64,000 nt of DNA from NCBI GenBank assembly GCA_021323375.2, contig JAJPCT020000022.1:38411-102410 (forward strand), in the 5' to 3' direction. The DNA is from Candidatus Wolframiiraptor gerlachensis. GTDB lineage: Archaea > Thermoproteota > Nitrososphaeria_A > Caldarchaeales > Wolframiiraptoraceae. The first letter of the stretch is position 1. Every line of letters begins with the position of its first letter. The position numbers and the translations under genes are program-made. Shown piece after piece: positions 38,066 through 48,191 of this stretch. The notes below the pieces were generated by a model. It ran no database searches, had not been told where the DNA came from, and saw only the letters and a program-made list of their open reading frames with translations.

Positions 38066-39624
38066 GCATGGATCCCCTCGCAGTTATCCTGATACTCGTC
38101 GGAGCCGCGATAGTCACCGTGATTCTAGACCCGGTCTTCAAGAGGATCAGGATGATCGAGCTCAGCGGCGTGATCACTTGCATCGCCTTACTCTCCACAT
38201 TAATCCTACTAGTCCTTGATGCTGTGGTGGGAGCCCCGCCCCGAATGATCATATTCGGCCCAGACTCCCCGCTAACCGCCTCCCTTAAGCTTGATATGCT
38301 GAGCATTTATCTCTCGATCATCTTCTCCGGCCTCGGCCTAATGGCAGCAATATACTCAATGAAATACATGTTATTCGAGGTTGAGCATCTCCCCCTCGAT
38401 GATCTATTCTGGGTTAAGGTGAGGGAGCTGGGCCTTGACAGGTATTATGCCCTCCTCCTAACCCTGATCGCGGGGATGATCGGCGTGACCATGGCGAACG
38501 ACTTCTTCACACTCTACGTCTTCTGGGAGCTCATGGCGATCTCATCATACTCGCTCGTCGCATTTAGGAAGTGGTCTTGGGAGGCGGTTGAGGCGGGCTT
38601 CAAGTATCTCATAATGAGCACTCTCGGGTCGCTCGCCGCCCTCCTCGGGATAGCCGTCCTCTACGGGCTCACGGGATCGCTTAGATTCGATGCCGTGAGA
38701 GTTGCGGTCTTCGGAGGGGGTAATATGGCGGCCGCATTCTCCCTCGTGATGATATTAATTGGCTTCGGCGTGACGGCCGCGATCGTGCCATTCCACTCAT
38801 GGCTACCGGATGCGCACCCAGCAGCCCCAACCCCGATAAGCGCGATCCTATCCGGCGTCGTGATCAAGACGGGAATCTACGCGATGCTCTGGTCCATGTT
38901 CAAGATATTCGGGCCAGTGGCCTATGGCTTCAGCCCAGCCCTAATCGGCCTAGGGATACTGACCATGAGCTTCGCCAACATAGCCGCGATCATGCAGACT
39001 GATATCAAGAGGTTTCTAGCATATTCCAGCATAGCCAATATCGGATACATAGTCACCGGCATGGGGCTCGCTGCCCACATACTCAGGACATATCCATCGG
39101 AGGTTGGGTTGGCTGCCCTCGCGCTGACCGGAGCGCTCCTCCACGTGCTCAACCACGCGCTCGGGAAGGGCCTCTCGTTCCTCTCAACCGGATGCTATAT
39201 CCTGAGGATAAACTCTAGGGAGATTGAAAAGCTCGAGGGCATTGGGCCGAGAATGCCGGCCACCACAGCATCCCTCGGCATCGGGCTTCTGAATCTCGCC
39301 GGCGTGCCTCCTCTAAGCGGCTTCTGGAGCAAGCTCCTCATAGTATCGGCCGGCCTCGGAGTCCCCTCAGATGGCTTGATGCTCGCGGCGACCATAATCT
39401 TCATAGTGAACTGTATTATGGCCGCTGGCTATTATCTCTGGCTCTTCCAGAGGCTGGCATTCAGGAGGCCCATGCTCGATGGAGGTCATAAGGAGGTTAT
39501 GGAGGCGCCTGCCCTCATGCTCACCCCCCTACTAGTCCTCGCAGCTGCCTGCATACTCGTCACAATAATGTTGAACCCAGTCCTCCAGCTTATACAATCT
39601 GCTCTAGAGGTGATTTTGAGATGA
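38059..39624 (+). CDS. Antiporter-like membrane subunit (MnhD/NuoN-like)
   Basis: LYVFWELM, FHSWLPDAH, KRFLAYSSI and GVPPLSGFWSK. Confidence 0.9.
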   Translation: MVSMDPLAVILILVGAAIVTVILDPVFKRIRMIELSGVITCIALLSTLILLVLDAVVGAPPRMIIFGPDSPLTASLKLDMLSIYLSIIFSGLGLMAAIYSMKYMLFEVEHLPLDDLFWVKVRELGLDRYYALLLTLIAGMIGVTMANDFFTLYVFWELMAISSYSLVAFRKWSWEAVEAGFKYLIMSTLGSLAALLGIAVLYGLTGSLRFDAVRVAVFGGGNMAAAFSLVMILIGFGVTAAIVPFHSWLPDAHPAAPTPISAILSGVVIKTGIYAMLWSMFKIFGPVAYGFSPALIGLGILTMSFANIAAIMQTDIKRFLAYSSIANIGYIVTGMGLAAHILRTYPSEVGLAALALTGALLHVLNHALGKGLSFLSTGCYILRINSREIEKLEGIGPRMPATTASLGIGLLNLAGVPPLSGFWSKLLIVSAGLGVPSDGLMLAATIIFIVNCIMAAGYYLWLFQRLAFRRPMLDGGHKEVMEAPALMLTPLLVLAAACILVTIMLNPVLQLIQSALEVILR

Positions 39625-41621
39625 GTATCGAGCCTTGGGCATTCTATGCCTGGGCATGTTGGATAATACCGGTGATAGGCGCCCTATCGACACCTCTGCT
39701 CAATAGGATCAGCGAGAGGGTGAGGGATCTTGGCGCGGTCATCTTCTCGCTCCTAGCGATGCTGATGACCCTAGGCCTTTTACCGCTCCTATTCAGTGAT
39801 GTTGAGTGGCCGTTGAGAAGCCAGGTCTCATGGGTGTTACTGCCGGGAGCCCCGATCCTCTCGGAGATAAGGGCTGGAATGCTCCTCGACCCGCTCAGCA
39901 TAATAATGGCTAATGTGGTCTCGGTGGTCAGCTTCCTGATAATGGTCTACTCCGCAGGCTATATGCGCGGCGACCCAGGCCTCACGAGATACTGGTTCTT
40001 CATGAACTTCTTCATCGCGAATATGCTCCTCCTAGTGCTCGCCGACAACCTAGTCCTCATGCTCATCGGCTGGGAAGGTGTCGGCCTCTGTAGCTACGCC
40101 CTCATAGGCTACTGGTATCGCGATTCCAAGGAGGGCTGGCTCCACTACTGGGTTGGAGAGCCGCCTGAGGCCTATCCACCATCACACTGCGGCATGAAAG
40201 CCTTCATCGTGACGAGGTTCGGGGACCTATTCATGATCGCCGGAGTCCTGATGCTGGCGGCCACGGTTAAGACGATCAGTTTCCCCGAGCTCCTGCACGC
40301 CGACGCAACTGCGCCCATGGAGATGAGATGGCTCCTTCCAGTCTCCCTGGTAATGATCCTTGGTGGGGCTGTTGGCAAGTCGGCTCAGCTGCCGCTGATG
40401 GAGTGGCTCCCGGATGCCATGGCGGGCCCATCATCTGTTAGCGCGCTGATACACGCGGCCACGATGGTCAAGGCTGGGGTATACCTGGTCGCGAGGCTCT
40501 TCCCGATAGCGCTCAACTGGAGCGCGAGCATGCCGGCGGCCACGAGCTTCTTCTACGCCGTCATGTGGATCGGGGCCCTCACAGCATTCATAGCCGCGAG
40601 CCAGGCCGTTGCCTCAACCGAGCTCAAGAAGGTTCTAGCATACTCGACGGTCAGCCAGATAGGCTATATGATGATGGCCCTCGGGGCGGCTGGGCTCTCA
40701 GCTGAGATACTCACGGGCTATGTAGCCTCCATCTTCCACCTGATGAATCATGCGGTCTTCAAGGCAGCCCTCTTCCTCGCCGCCGGCTCGATAATCCACG
40801 CAGCCGGATCAAGGTTTCTCAGGGACATGGGAGGCCTCCGGAAGTATATGCCTGTAACATTCTATAGCACGCTCCTCGCAACCTTCGCCTTAATCGGCCT
40901 ACCGCCCTTCGGTGGATTCTGGAGCAAAGATCTAGTGCTCTCCGCGACATTATCCTCCGGCCAGTATGCGGTCTTCATCCTCGGCCTAGTCACAGCGATC
41001 CTAACAGCCTTCTATAGTATCAGGATGATAGGCCTAGCCTTCTGTGGTGGTGAGGAGTCCAGGAAAGCTCATGAGGCGCCGAGGATCATGTGGATCCCCT
41101 ACCTCATCCTAGCAGCCCTCAGCCTCATCATAGGGCTTGTTGCGCCGTTGCTTGAAAGCGGCCTCGAAACGGCCTTATCTCGCATACTGCCAGTCCACGC
41201 GCACCCAGCTCATGGGGCGTCAAGCATGGAGCTCCTCGTCCCGCTGGCATCGGTAATTGCTATTGCTGTTGGAGCTGTTCCAGCCTACGCTCTCTACGTA
41301 AGGAGGATAAGGAATCCGGAGGAAATCATCGAGAAGCATGGATATATGAAGGCGCTCAGAATGCTCCTTATAAGAAGATACTACATTAACGCCTTCTACT
41401 ATAGGGCCATAGCATATCCCTCGATAAGGCTCAGCCATGCCATTCATAAGGCATTCGAATTACGGATCATCGAGGGGATCAATAAAGCGATATCGATCGG
41501 CGCGAGAAGGTTCTCGGATATTGTTAGGAGGGTGCATACAGGCCTGCTGAATCATTATGTCATCGGACTAATCCTAGGAGCCCTCATACTCATAATCCTG
41601 ATCCTTGCGGGAGGTGCATAG
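39621..41621 (+). CDS. nuoL: Antiporter-like membrane subunit NuoL
   Basis: GWEGVGLCSY, GKSAQLPL..WLPDAMAGP, HAATMVKAGVYL and LAYSTVSQIG. Confidence 0.92.
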   Translation: MSIEPWAFYAWACWIIPVIGALSTPLLNRISERVRDLGAVIFSLLAMLMTLGLLPLLFSDVEWPLRSQVSWVLLPGAPILSEIRAGMLLDPLSIIMANVVSVVSFLIMVYSAGYMRGDPGLTRYWFFMNFFIANMLLLVLADNLVLMLIGWEGVGLCSYALIGYWYRDSKEGWLHYWVGEPPEAYPPSHCGMKAFIVTRFGDLFMIAGVLMLAATVKTISFPELLHADATAPMEMRWLLPVSLVMILGGAVGKSAQLPLMEWLPDAMAGPSSVSALIHAATMVKAGVYLVARLFPIALNWSASMPAATSFFYAVMWIGALTAFIAASQAVASTELKKVLAYSTVSQIGYMMMALGAAGLSAEILTGYVASIFHLMNHAVFKAALFLAAGSIIHAAGSRFLRDMGGLRKYMPVTFYSTLLATFALIGLPPFGGFWSKDLVLSATLSSGQYAVFILGLVTAILTAFYSIRMIGLAFCGGEESRKAHEAPRIMWIPYLILAALSLIIGLVAPLLESGLETALSRILPVHAHPAHGASSMELLVPLASVIAIAVGAVPAYALYVRRIRNPEEIIEKHGYMKALRMLLIRRYYINAFYYRAIAYPSIRLSHAIHKAFELRIIEGINKAISIGARRFSDIVRRVHTGLLNHYVIGLILGALILIILILAGGA

Positions 41622-41623
41622 GG

Positions 41624-43111
41624 ATGATTGACTCGGGTCATCTGCTCCTCCAGTCTGTGGTCGCACCCCTTATTGCGTCGCCGATAGTCATGGTCTTGGG
41701 TAGGCGGCTTGGGAGAAGGGTTGGATGGATCGCGCTAATACCGCTTGCCTACTCCCTCTCATGCCTCCTCGCCGCCGGATATCTTGTCCACGTGTTCAGC
41801 TCCCCGCTCCAGGCAACCTATCCATGGGCACAGCTCCTCGGAGACATCATATTGTTCTTTGATGGGTTAAGCGGGGCCGTGGCCTTAACAATCGCCGCGG
41901 TCGGTATCCTTGCATGCATCTACTCGATCACCTACATGGATCTCCGGGATGGATGGGGTGGATACTTCTCCCTCTATCTCCTCTTCAACACAGGGATGCT
42001 CGGGACCGTGCTCTCCGTGAATCTCGCGATCTTCTTCCTCTTCCTCGAGCTCATGCTTGTATCATCATGGCTCTTGATAGCGGTTTGGGGCGAGGAGGAT
42101 AGATGGCGCGCCGCCCTCAAGTATTTCCTCTACACAGAGGTTGGGGCTCTAGCGATCCTAGCCGGCATAGGGTTAACATACTCAAACACAGGGACGCTAA
42201 ATATCCTCGAGCTCCCCTCTAGGGCCGCGGGCCTGAGCCAAGCCATCCTCTCCCTGATAGCCTCGCTCATGATCTTGGGGCTCCTCGTGAAGATGGCGAT
42301 CTTCCCGCTCCATTCATGGCTCCCGGATGCCTATGTCCAATCCCCGGCTCCTGTAACCGCGATATTCTCTGCCGGGACCGGGATAGGTGGATACGCCGCC
42401 TTAAGAGTGATCTACACCGCCTTCCCGCAGATAATGGGGCAGAGGGATTTCATGCTTGCGCTACTCATCCTAGCCCTAGTAACCATGATCTATGGCGGAT
42501 ATCTAGCCCTCGCGCAGAATAGGCTGAAGAGGCTCCTAGCATACTCGAGCATAAGCCAGATGGGCTACATGCTTCTCGGGATCGCGTCGGCATCTGCGAT
42601 CGGGGTGGCTGGAGCCATGCTAATATACGTGGCCCATAGCCTCTCAAAGGCCGCTCTCTTCATGATCTCCGGGATGCTCTCGAGAGCCATAGGCACGGAT
42701 AACTTGGATGAGCTCGGCGGCCTAGCCGGAAGAATGCGGGCCACTAGCATAGCGCTCATGATAGGGTTCCTGAGCCTGATGGGCTACCCACCCCTCCTAG
42801 GATTCTGGGGCGAGCTCTTCATCTTCGCCGGCTCAATATACACGGCGCTCCACTCATCCATAGATATGCCGAGGCTCGCGCTAACAATAATCGCGATAAT
42901 CTTCTCGCTGATCACGGCCGGGTATGGGCTCTGGGCTGTGAGGAGGAGCCTATTCGGCGAGGAGTCCGAGGCCGTGAGGAGGGCTGGAGCCGAGCCAAGG
43001 CTCATGCTATGTCCGATAATCGCTTCAGCAATACTCCTGGTGATCCTTGGAGTGTATCCGACGATGCTGACAAGCTTCCTAGAGGCTTTGGCCGCCCTCT
43101 TCCCCAGCTAG
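41624..43111 (+). CDS. nuoM: Antiporter-like membrane subunit NuoM
   Basis: KMAIFPLHSWLPDAYVQSP, LAYSSISQMG and GFWGE. Confidence 0.88.
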   Translation: MIDSGHLLLQSVVAPLIASPIVMVLGRRLGRRVGWIALIPLAYSLSCLLAAGYLVHVFSSPLQATYPWAQLLGDIILFFDGLSGAVALTIAAVGILACIYSITYMDLRDGWGGYFSLYLLFNTGMLGTVLSVNLAIFFLFLELMLVSSWLLIAVWGEEDRWRAALKYFLYTEVGALAILAGIGLTYSNTGTLNILELPSRAAGLSQAILSLIASLMILGLLVKMAIFPLHSWLPDAYVQSPAPVTAIFSAGTGIGGYAALRVIYTAFPQIMGQRDFMLALLILALVTMIYGGYLALAQNRLKRLLAYSSISQMGYMLLGIASASAIGVAGAMLIYVAHSLSKAALFMISGMLSRAIGTDNLDELGGLAGRMRATSIALMIGFLSLMGYPPLLGFWGELFIFAGSIYTALHSSIDMPRLALTIIAIIFSLITAGYGLWAVRRSLFGEESEAVRRAGAEPRLMLCPIIASAILLVILGVYPTMLTSFLEALAALFPS

Positions 43112-43321
43112 GCTAATAGCCTCCTCAATTGCCTGCAACATCTCGAGAGCACTCCTCTCATCCAAGACCCTTATCGCGTATCCCGCGTGGACTAGGACGT
43201 AGTCGCCCACCTTCGCATCCACCATCGCTAGAATAACCTCCCTCCTAACACCGTTACCGAAGTCGACGACTCCGATATCCCCCCTTATCTCAACGACCTT
43301 GCCGGGTATAGCGTAGCACAT
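43079..43321 (-). CDS. hypC: Hydrogenase maturation chaperone HypC
   Basis: MCYAIPGKVV…GDYVLVHAGYAI; start set at the M-C motif. Confidence 0.95.
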   Translation of the reverse strand: MCYAIPGKVVEIRGDIGVVDFGNGVRREVILAMVDAKVGDYVLVHAGYAIRVLDERSALEMLQAIEEAISLAGEEGGQSL

Positions 43322-43357
43322 CCACACCATTGGTGATCCAGCGCCTATTAAGGAACA

Positions 43358-43765
43358 CTAGCGAATGGGCATTATCATGTAGGTCAGCTGCTTTATCTTG
43401 CCAGCCTCCCTCAGCCTCCTCACAAGCTCCTTAACCTCAAGAGCCCTCCCCCGGACAGCTATCACCAGCAGGCAATCCTCCCTCGAGAGATGTATGTGAA
43501 GTGCTGATGGTATGATGTTCAGGAAGTCGTGCTGCGCGTCGGTCAGCCTCTCCTCGATGCCATGCTCCTCATGCGAGTAATGGATTAGGATGGCGCCGGC
43601 AACCTCCTCATCCGCGATCCTCCAAGAATTCATGGTTATGAAATCCCTTACAGCTTCTTGGATCGCCTGAGACCTAGACCCTATACCGAGATCCCTAATT
43701 ATCCTGTCGAATGTTTTGAGGAGCTCCTCGGGAAAGGAGACGCCAGTCCTGACAATCCTCCCCAT
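43358..43765 (-). CDS. nikR: Nickel-responsive regulator NikR
   Basis: RHH N-terminus (RTGVSFP…SRSQAI) and Ni ligands QHD…HIH…C. Confidence 0.92.
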   Translation of the reverse strand: MGRIVRTGVSFPEELLKTFDRIIRDLGIGSRSQAIQEAVRDFITMNSWRIADEEVAGAILIHYSHEEHGIEERLTDAQHDFLNIIPSALHIHLSREDCLLVIAVRGRALEVKELVRRLREAGKIKQLTYMIMPIR

Positions 43766-43810
43766 GATGCTGGGAATACCTCGCCCGACTCTTATAACGA
43801 TATTCCCATG

Positions 43811-44233
43811 TTACAGCTCCTCGGCAAGTTCCTCCTCGAAGAGGTCGACTAGCCTCATCCTCATTATCCTCCTCGCATCCTCCATAGAGTTCGGCGACCT
43901 CTCAAGCTCTGCTAGGATATTCTCCCTAACCCTGAGAACGAGCTTCCTAGACCCCAATGTAAAAACAGCTCCGAGCTCGCCGCCCTCCAAGATCTCTATA
44001 TTGAGTTTTCCAAGCGTGCAGCCAGTAGCATATTGGACTCCATCCGCGAAGCACGTGTACGGCGTCGAGGCCCTTGGAACCAGGATCCTCGCCCTCATCT
44101 CGAATGGATCATATCCGAGAGCCTCAATGGCTCTAAGCCCAGCCTTGAGCCCCAGAGCTAGGAATGGCCCTATGTGGCAGTGAAGCATTGAGGCCTCATC
44201 CAATATCTTGTCTAATATGCTTACGTGCCCCAT
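43811..44233 (-). CDS. FmdE family metal-binding protein
   Basis: HCHIGPFLALG and CFADGVQYATGCTLGK. Confidence 0.88.
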   Translation of the reverse strand: MGHVSILDKILDEASMLHCHIGPFLALGLKAGLRAIEALGYDPFEMRARILVPRASTPYTCFADGVQYATGCTLGKLNIEILEGGELGAVFTLGSRKLVLRVRENILAELERSPNSMEDARRIMRMRLVDLFEEELAEEL

Positions 44234-45054
44234 GATTGCCGCCTCCCCGAGGCCAGGCTCGCCCCCAGCTTTGAGTAGGCTGAGGCCGAGGCTAGCAGGA
44301 TCAACGCGGCTATTGTTATACATGATCCCGCCGGGAGATCATAAAGGAAGCTCATGGCGAGGCCCATTGAGGCTGAGGCTGACCCGATAATCCATGAGGA
44401 GGCGATTATCCCCTTCATGCTAGCCTGTAGCTGGAGCGAGGCCGCTGCGGGGACATAGAGTAGCGAGAAGACGAGGAAACCTCCCGTGATCCTGAGGGCT
44501 AGAGTTATCGTGGCCCCGGCGATAACCAGTATCACGTATTTGTATGCCTTGACATTAACACCCTCAGCCTCGGCGAGCTTGATATCGAAGAGTATCGAGC
44601 TTATCTTCCCCCAGAAGATCGCCAGAAATGCGATGATAATAATGGATGCTGTGAGGAGGTATGCTATGTATGTGGGCCTGATGGCGAGGATGCTTCCCCA
44701 GAGAAGCTGTCCAATGCTCTCGGTCATCAGAGCCGGGCCGGGCGCCGAGATTATGAAGATGAAGGTGAGGGCGTTGTAGAGGGAGAAGAGCGTCATCGAG
44801 ATTAGGTCGAGGGATACTCCGAGGTAGTCGGCCAACGGCCCCAGCATTATAGCGGTCATGATTGCGAAGAGCATCGCGAGGGAAGTCATATCCGCGCCGA
44901 GGACGAGGGCTAGCGCCGATCCAGCAAGCGCCGCGTGAGCCATCGAGAACGCCATCGTCATGAGCTTGAGCCTACCGCATAATGCCCCAACCGCTCCACA
45001 TAGCCCTCCAGCAAATACCCCGCCGATTATGGAGTTAATGAATAGCATGGACAT
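44221..45054 (-). CDS. Metal ABC transporter permease (ZnuB/MntB-type)
   Basis: MAHAALAG, LLWGSIL and AEAEGVNV. Confidence 0.9.
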   Translation of the reverse strand: MSMLFINSIIGGVFAGGLCGAVGALCGRLKLMTMAFSMAHAALAGSALALVLGADMTSLAMLFAIMTAIMLGPLADYLGVSLDLISMTLFSLYNALTFIFIISAPGPALMTESIGQLLWGSILAIRPTYIAYLLTASIIIIAFLAIFWGKISSILFDIKLAEAEGVNVKAYKYVILVIAGATITLALRITGGFLVFSLLYVPAAASLQLQASMKGIIASSWIIGSASASMGLAMSFLYDLPAGSCITIAALILLASASAYSKLGASLASGRRQSWGT

Positions 45055-45751
45055 CCCGCGCGATCACCCGCTCAATACGCCCATCCGCCATCCGGATAAT
45101 CATATCCGCATCAATATGCGAGTGATCGAGCTCATGGCTGACAAGCAGTATCGTGCATCCATCCTCCAAGAGGCTTGGAAAGATCTCTGAGACTATATGT
45201 GAGCGCGTCTCCTGGTCTATAGCGCTGAATGGCTCATCCAGTAGGAGCAGCTTTGGCTCCCGAGCGATCGCCCTCGCGAGCAACACCTTCTGCTGCTGCC
45301 CGCCACTAAGCTTCCCAAATGGCTTATCAGCATACTCCAGCATGCCGAGCATCTCGAGCGCGCGGTCAACCCTCTTCCAATCTCCCTCGGAGAGCCTGCC
45401 GGCAGGATTATTCGAGGCAAGTCCCATTGCAACGACCTCCCTAGCCGTGAATGGCTCCGCCGGGGGCTTCATGAAGTCCTGTGGGAGGTATGAGGATAAT
45501 GCTCTAGCCCTCGACGCCATCCTCGGGATCTCATATCCAAGGGTTACGACCCTGCCATTACGCGGCCTCAATAATCCTAGGATCGTCTCGAGGAGCGTTG
45601 TCTTTCCGGCCCCATTCGGCCCAACTATGAGCGCGAGAACCCCAGCCGGGATCCTTAGCGTGATATCCCTTATCGCAGGCCTCCTCTCGCCATAATAATA
45701 TGTCGAGACTGCTTCAAACTCAACAGCATAGCATTCTAGATTTTTCTCCAT
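45035..45751 (-). CDS. Metal ABC transporter ATPase
   Basis: GPNGAGKT, LSGGQQQ and LLLLDEP. Confidence 0.93.
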   Translation of the reverse strand: MEKNLECYAVEFEAVSTYYYGERRPAIRDITLRIPAGVLALIVGPNGAGKTTLLETILGLLRPRNGRVVTLGYEIPRMASRARALSSYLPQDFMKPPAEPFTAREVVAMGLASNNPAGRLSEGDWKRVDRALEMLGMLEYADKPFGKLSGGQQQKVLLARAIAREPKLLLLDEPFSAIDQETRSHIVSEIFPSLLEDGCTILLVSHELDHSHIDADMIIRMADGRIERVIARDVHAIH

Positions 45752-46698
45752 CTTCTCACCGCGAGATATGCTAGGATCATCGACTCGACCGCGGCTAGTG
45801 CCGCGAGGATGTAGCTTAGCGCGCGGTAGAGCTCGGCCTCGCCAACAGCCCTAGATAGCTCCCTCTTCACAGTGAGCATGTCCAAGGATCCCAGCATGCT
45901 TCCAGCATTCCTCTTGATCAGGTCTATTAGGGTTTTCGTCTCCGGGCTGCTTCCCGGGAAGTTTGATAGGACGACGTGGATAGCGCCGATCTCCCTCGCG
46001 ACTGTCTCACCGAGCTCGACCCCGCTCTGGAGATTACTAACGACAAGCGCCACATCATTCTCAACGCCAGCCTTCACGAGCCTCTCGATGTCGGCTGATG
46101 ATACCTTCTCCGGGGGGCCGAATGTATCGACAACCTCGAAGCCTAGCCACTCGACGAAAGCCCTCTGCCACTCCATCACGACCACCTTTATCGAGGATGT
46201 CCGCCTGCTCCTCGCCTCATCTATTATCTGCCGCGCGGCATCATCTAGCTCTCTGAGCCTCTGCTCAAGCCTAGCGGACACGTCAATGCCCAACTTGGAT
46301 TTTAGAGCCTCTGCAACCTCCTCATAATATCTTCTCGCTCCCTCAGGCGTGGACCATCCACCCGAGATCTTCACGAGCTCAGCCTTCGACCCCGAGGATT
46401 CATAGAGCTGGTTAAGCCAGCCCTCCATCCCATGATAGAAGATGAGGCTGGCCCTCGAGATCGCGTAAACATCGCTAGGCTTCACATCATAGTGTGCTGG
46501 GCAGATTGTTGGATTAACAAGGACAACGACCTCAACCTGGTCTCCTGCGAGATCTTCAACGATGCTGCCGAGGACACTGGTTGTCGCGACGATTAGAGGC
46601 TTCTCGCCCACAACAGGTTGAGTTGCTAGGAGCAAACCTGCGAGGACTAGGAGTATTAGCGATATGCTTAGAAGGGGGGTTCTATCTGGTAACACCAT
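45736..46698 (-). CDS. Metal ABC substrate-binding protein (ZnuA/TroA fold) with C-terminal TM anchor
   Basis: IVATTSVLGSIV…CPAHYDVKPSD…HGME.W. Confidence 0.85.
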   Translation of the reverse strand: MVLPDRTPLLSISLILLVLAGLLLATQPVVGEKPLIVATTSVLGSIVEDLAGDQVEVVVLVNPTICPAHYDVKPSDVYAISRASLIFYHGMEGWLNQLYESSGSKAELVKISGGWSTPEGARRYYEEVAEALKSKLGIDVSARLEQRLRELDDAARQIIDEARSRRTSSIKVVVMEWQRAFVEWLGFEVVDTFGPPEKVSSADIERLVKAGVENDVALVVSNLQSGVELGETVAREIGAIHVVLSNFPGSSPETKTLIDLIKRNAGSMLGSLDMLTVKRELSRAVGEAELYRALSYILAALAAVESMILAYLAVRRWRKI

Positions 46699-46730
46699 GA
46701 CTAAGTTATGGTAACACTCCGTATTTAACC
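46687..46730 (-). promoter_or_regulatory. Candidate promoter plus operator (possible NikR site) of the metal-ABC/nikR/hypC operon
   Basis: TATA-like GGTTAAATAC (46730-46721), imperfect palindrome ACCATGACTAAGTTATGGT (46694-46712) and a TGGTAACAC direct repeat over the start codon. Confidence 0.4.
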
Positions 46731-46746
46731 ATAAAGCCGGAAATGT

Positions 46747-47226
46747 TCAGGATATTTCATATAGATATATCTTGTGTGGCCTGCCTGTAAAGAATGATCT
46801 TGTGGTTATTATCTCGGAGGGCTCTAGCCCTGGGATCGGAAAGTCGTGGCAGACTATTCTTGAGCCCCTCTTAAGCGAGAGGAGCCTCGGCTTAAGCGTT
46901 TTGAGGGTCTCAGGGAGGAGATAGAGCGTGATAACATCCGCCCCTGACAAGTTGAATTCATAGAGGTTTCCACGGATTATTCTCGCCCTATCGCTGAGGA
47001 GTCTTCCATGTATGATGTTCATGGATCTCTCATAGAGCTCTTTATCCAGCTCGACCCCAATAGCCCTGCAGCGATAATCCTCAGCCGCGGCCACTATTAT
47101 CCTGCCATCACCCGACCCGAGATCGATAAGAAGCTCATCAGGCCTAGGATCGGCTAACGACAGCATCTTCCTAACAATATCGATGGGTGAGGGGACGAAG
47201 GGTATTCTTCCCCCACCCTTCCTCAT
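46747..47226 (-). CDS. Protein-lysine N-methyltransferase-like (aKMT-like) class I MTase
   Basis: PFVPSP..IVRKML, DLGSGDGR, ADVITLYL and RIVCHDF. Confidence 0.8.
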   Translation of the reverse strand: MRKGGGRIPFVPSPIDIVRKMLSLADPRPDELLIDLGSGDGRIIVAAAEDYRCRAIGVELDKELYERSMNIIHGRLLSDRARIIRGNLYEFNLSGADVITLYLLPETLKTLKPRLLSLKRGSRIVCHDFPIPGLEPSEIITTRSFFTGRPHKIYLYEIS

Positions 47227-47288
47227 GCCGCTTATCTCAATCCAGCACCCCGCCTATAAACCTTGAGCAGTGCAGGATCCCCCAAGGC

Positions 47289-48191
47289 CTATCCATATGG
47301 CGAGAGCAACGCCGCGCCGGCAGTTATTAATATTATTCCCAGTATTGTCTCGAGGTTTGGCTTCTCCCTCAGCTTTACCGCGGCGATGATTCCGGCGAAT
47401 ACCGGCGTCGTCGCGGATAATGGGCCAACCACGTTAGCCCTCGCCAGATCCAGTCCTATCAAGTAGATCATGTCCCCGAAGCCGACCGCCAGCGTTCCCC
47501 CTATCGCCGCGAGAACCACCTCACCCCTTCTCATGCCAAGGATCGACTCCTTAGTATTCTTGGATAGTGCAGCGTATAGGCCAAGAAATGGGAGGATGAC
47601 CAGCATCCTGAAGAATGCTAGGAAGACCGGGTCAAGATATAGCATGACATGCTTAAACCATGCAACGCCAATCGCCCAGAATAGGGATGTTAGAAGGGAG
47701 GCGGTGAAGCCTATCCTGCTGCCCCCGCCTGAGCTCCCGGATTCCATGGATCGCGAGATGAGCCAGATGGCGGCGACAATCATGACCGTACCGAGAATAA
47801 TCCCGTAGCTGAATGGCTCGCCGAGAAACCAGATTGTTATGGGTAGGAGGAAGAGGGGGTAGGAGTATGCTATCGGGACTGCTCGCAAGACGCCTATACT
47901 TCTCAGCCCGAGGAAGTAGAGCGTGTCACCAATGAGCCATGAGATGAGTGATGCCCCGACAGCCTGGCCCGCGATGGCGATGTCCAGCTTGGAGAAGGAG
48001 TCTAGGCTGCCGGAGAGGAGCGTCATCAGGAATAGGAAGGCTGTGGCCGGGATGCTGCGGACGAGGTTCAGCCCGACAGGATCAACACTCCTCATGCTCT
48101 TCTTGTAGAAGCCAGCTCCAGCAGCCCAGCAGAAGGCCGCTAAAAGCGCCAGCGCCTCCCCAAGCATCTTAAAGATCCCGGATGAAGCCAT
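47289..48191 (-). CDS. EamA/DMT family transporter
   Basis: About 10 TMs in two repeats, LGEP / LREKP motifs. Confidence 0.88.
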   Translation of the reverse strand: MASSGIFKMLGEALALLAAFCWAAGAGFYKKSMRSVDPVGLNLVRSIPATAFLFLMTLLSGSLDSFSKLDIAIAGQAVGASLISWLIGDTLYFLGLRSIGVLRAVPIAYSYPLFLLPITIWFLGEPFSYGIILGTVMIVAAIWLISRSMESGSSGGGSRIGFTASLLTSLFWAIGVAWFKHVMLYLDPVFLAFFRMLVILPFLGLYAALSKNTKESILGMRRGEVVLAAIGGTLAVGFGDMIYLIGLDLARANVVGPLSATTPVFAGIIAAVKLREKPNLETILGIILITAGAALLSPYG

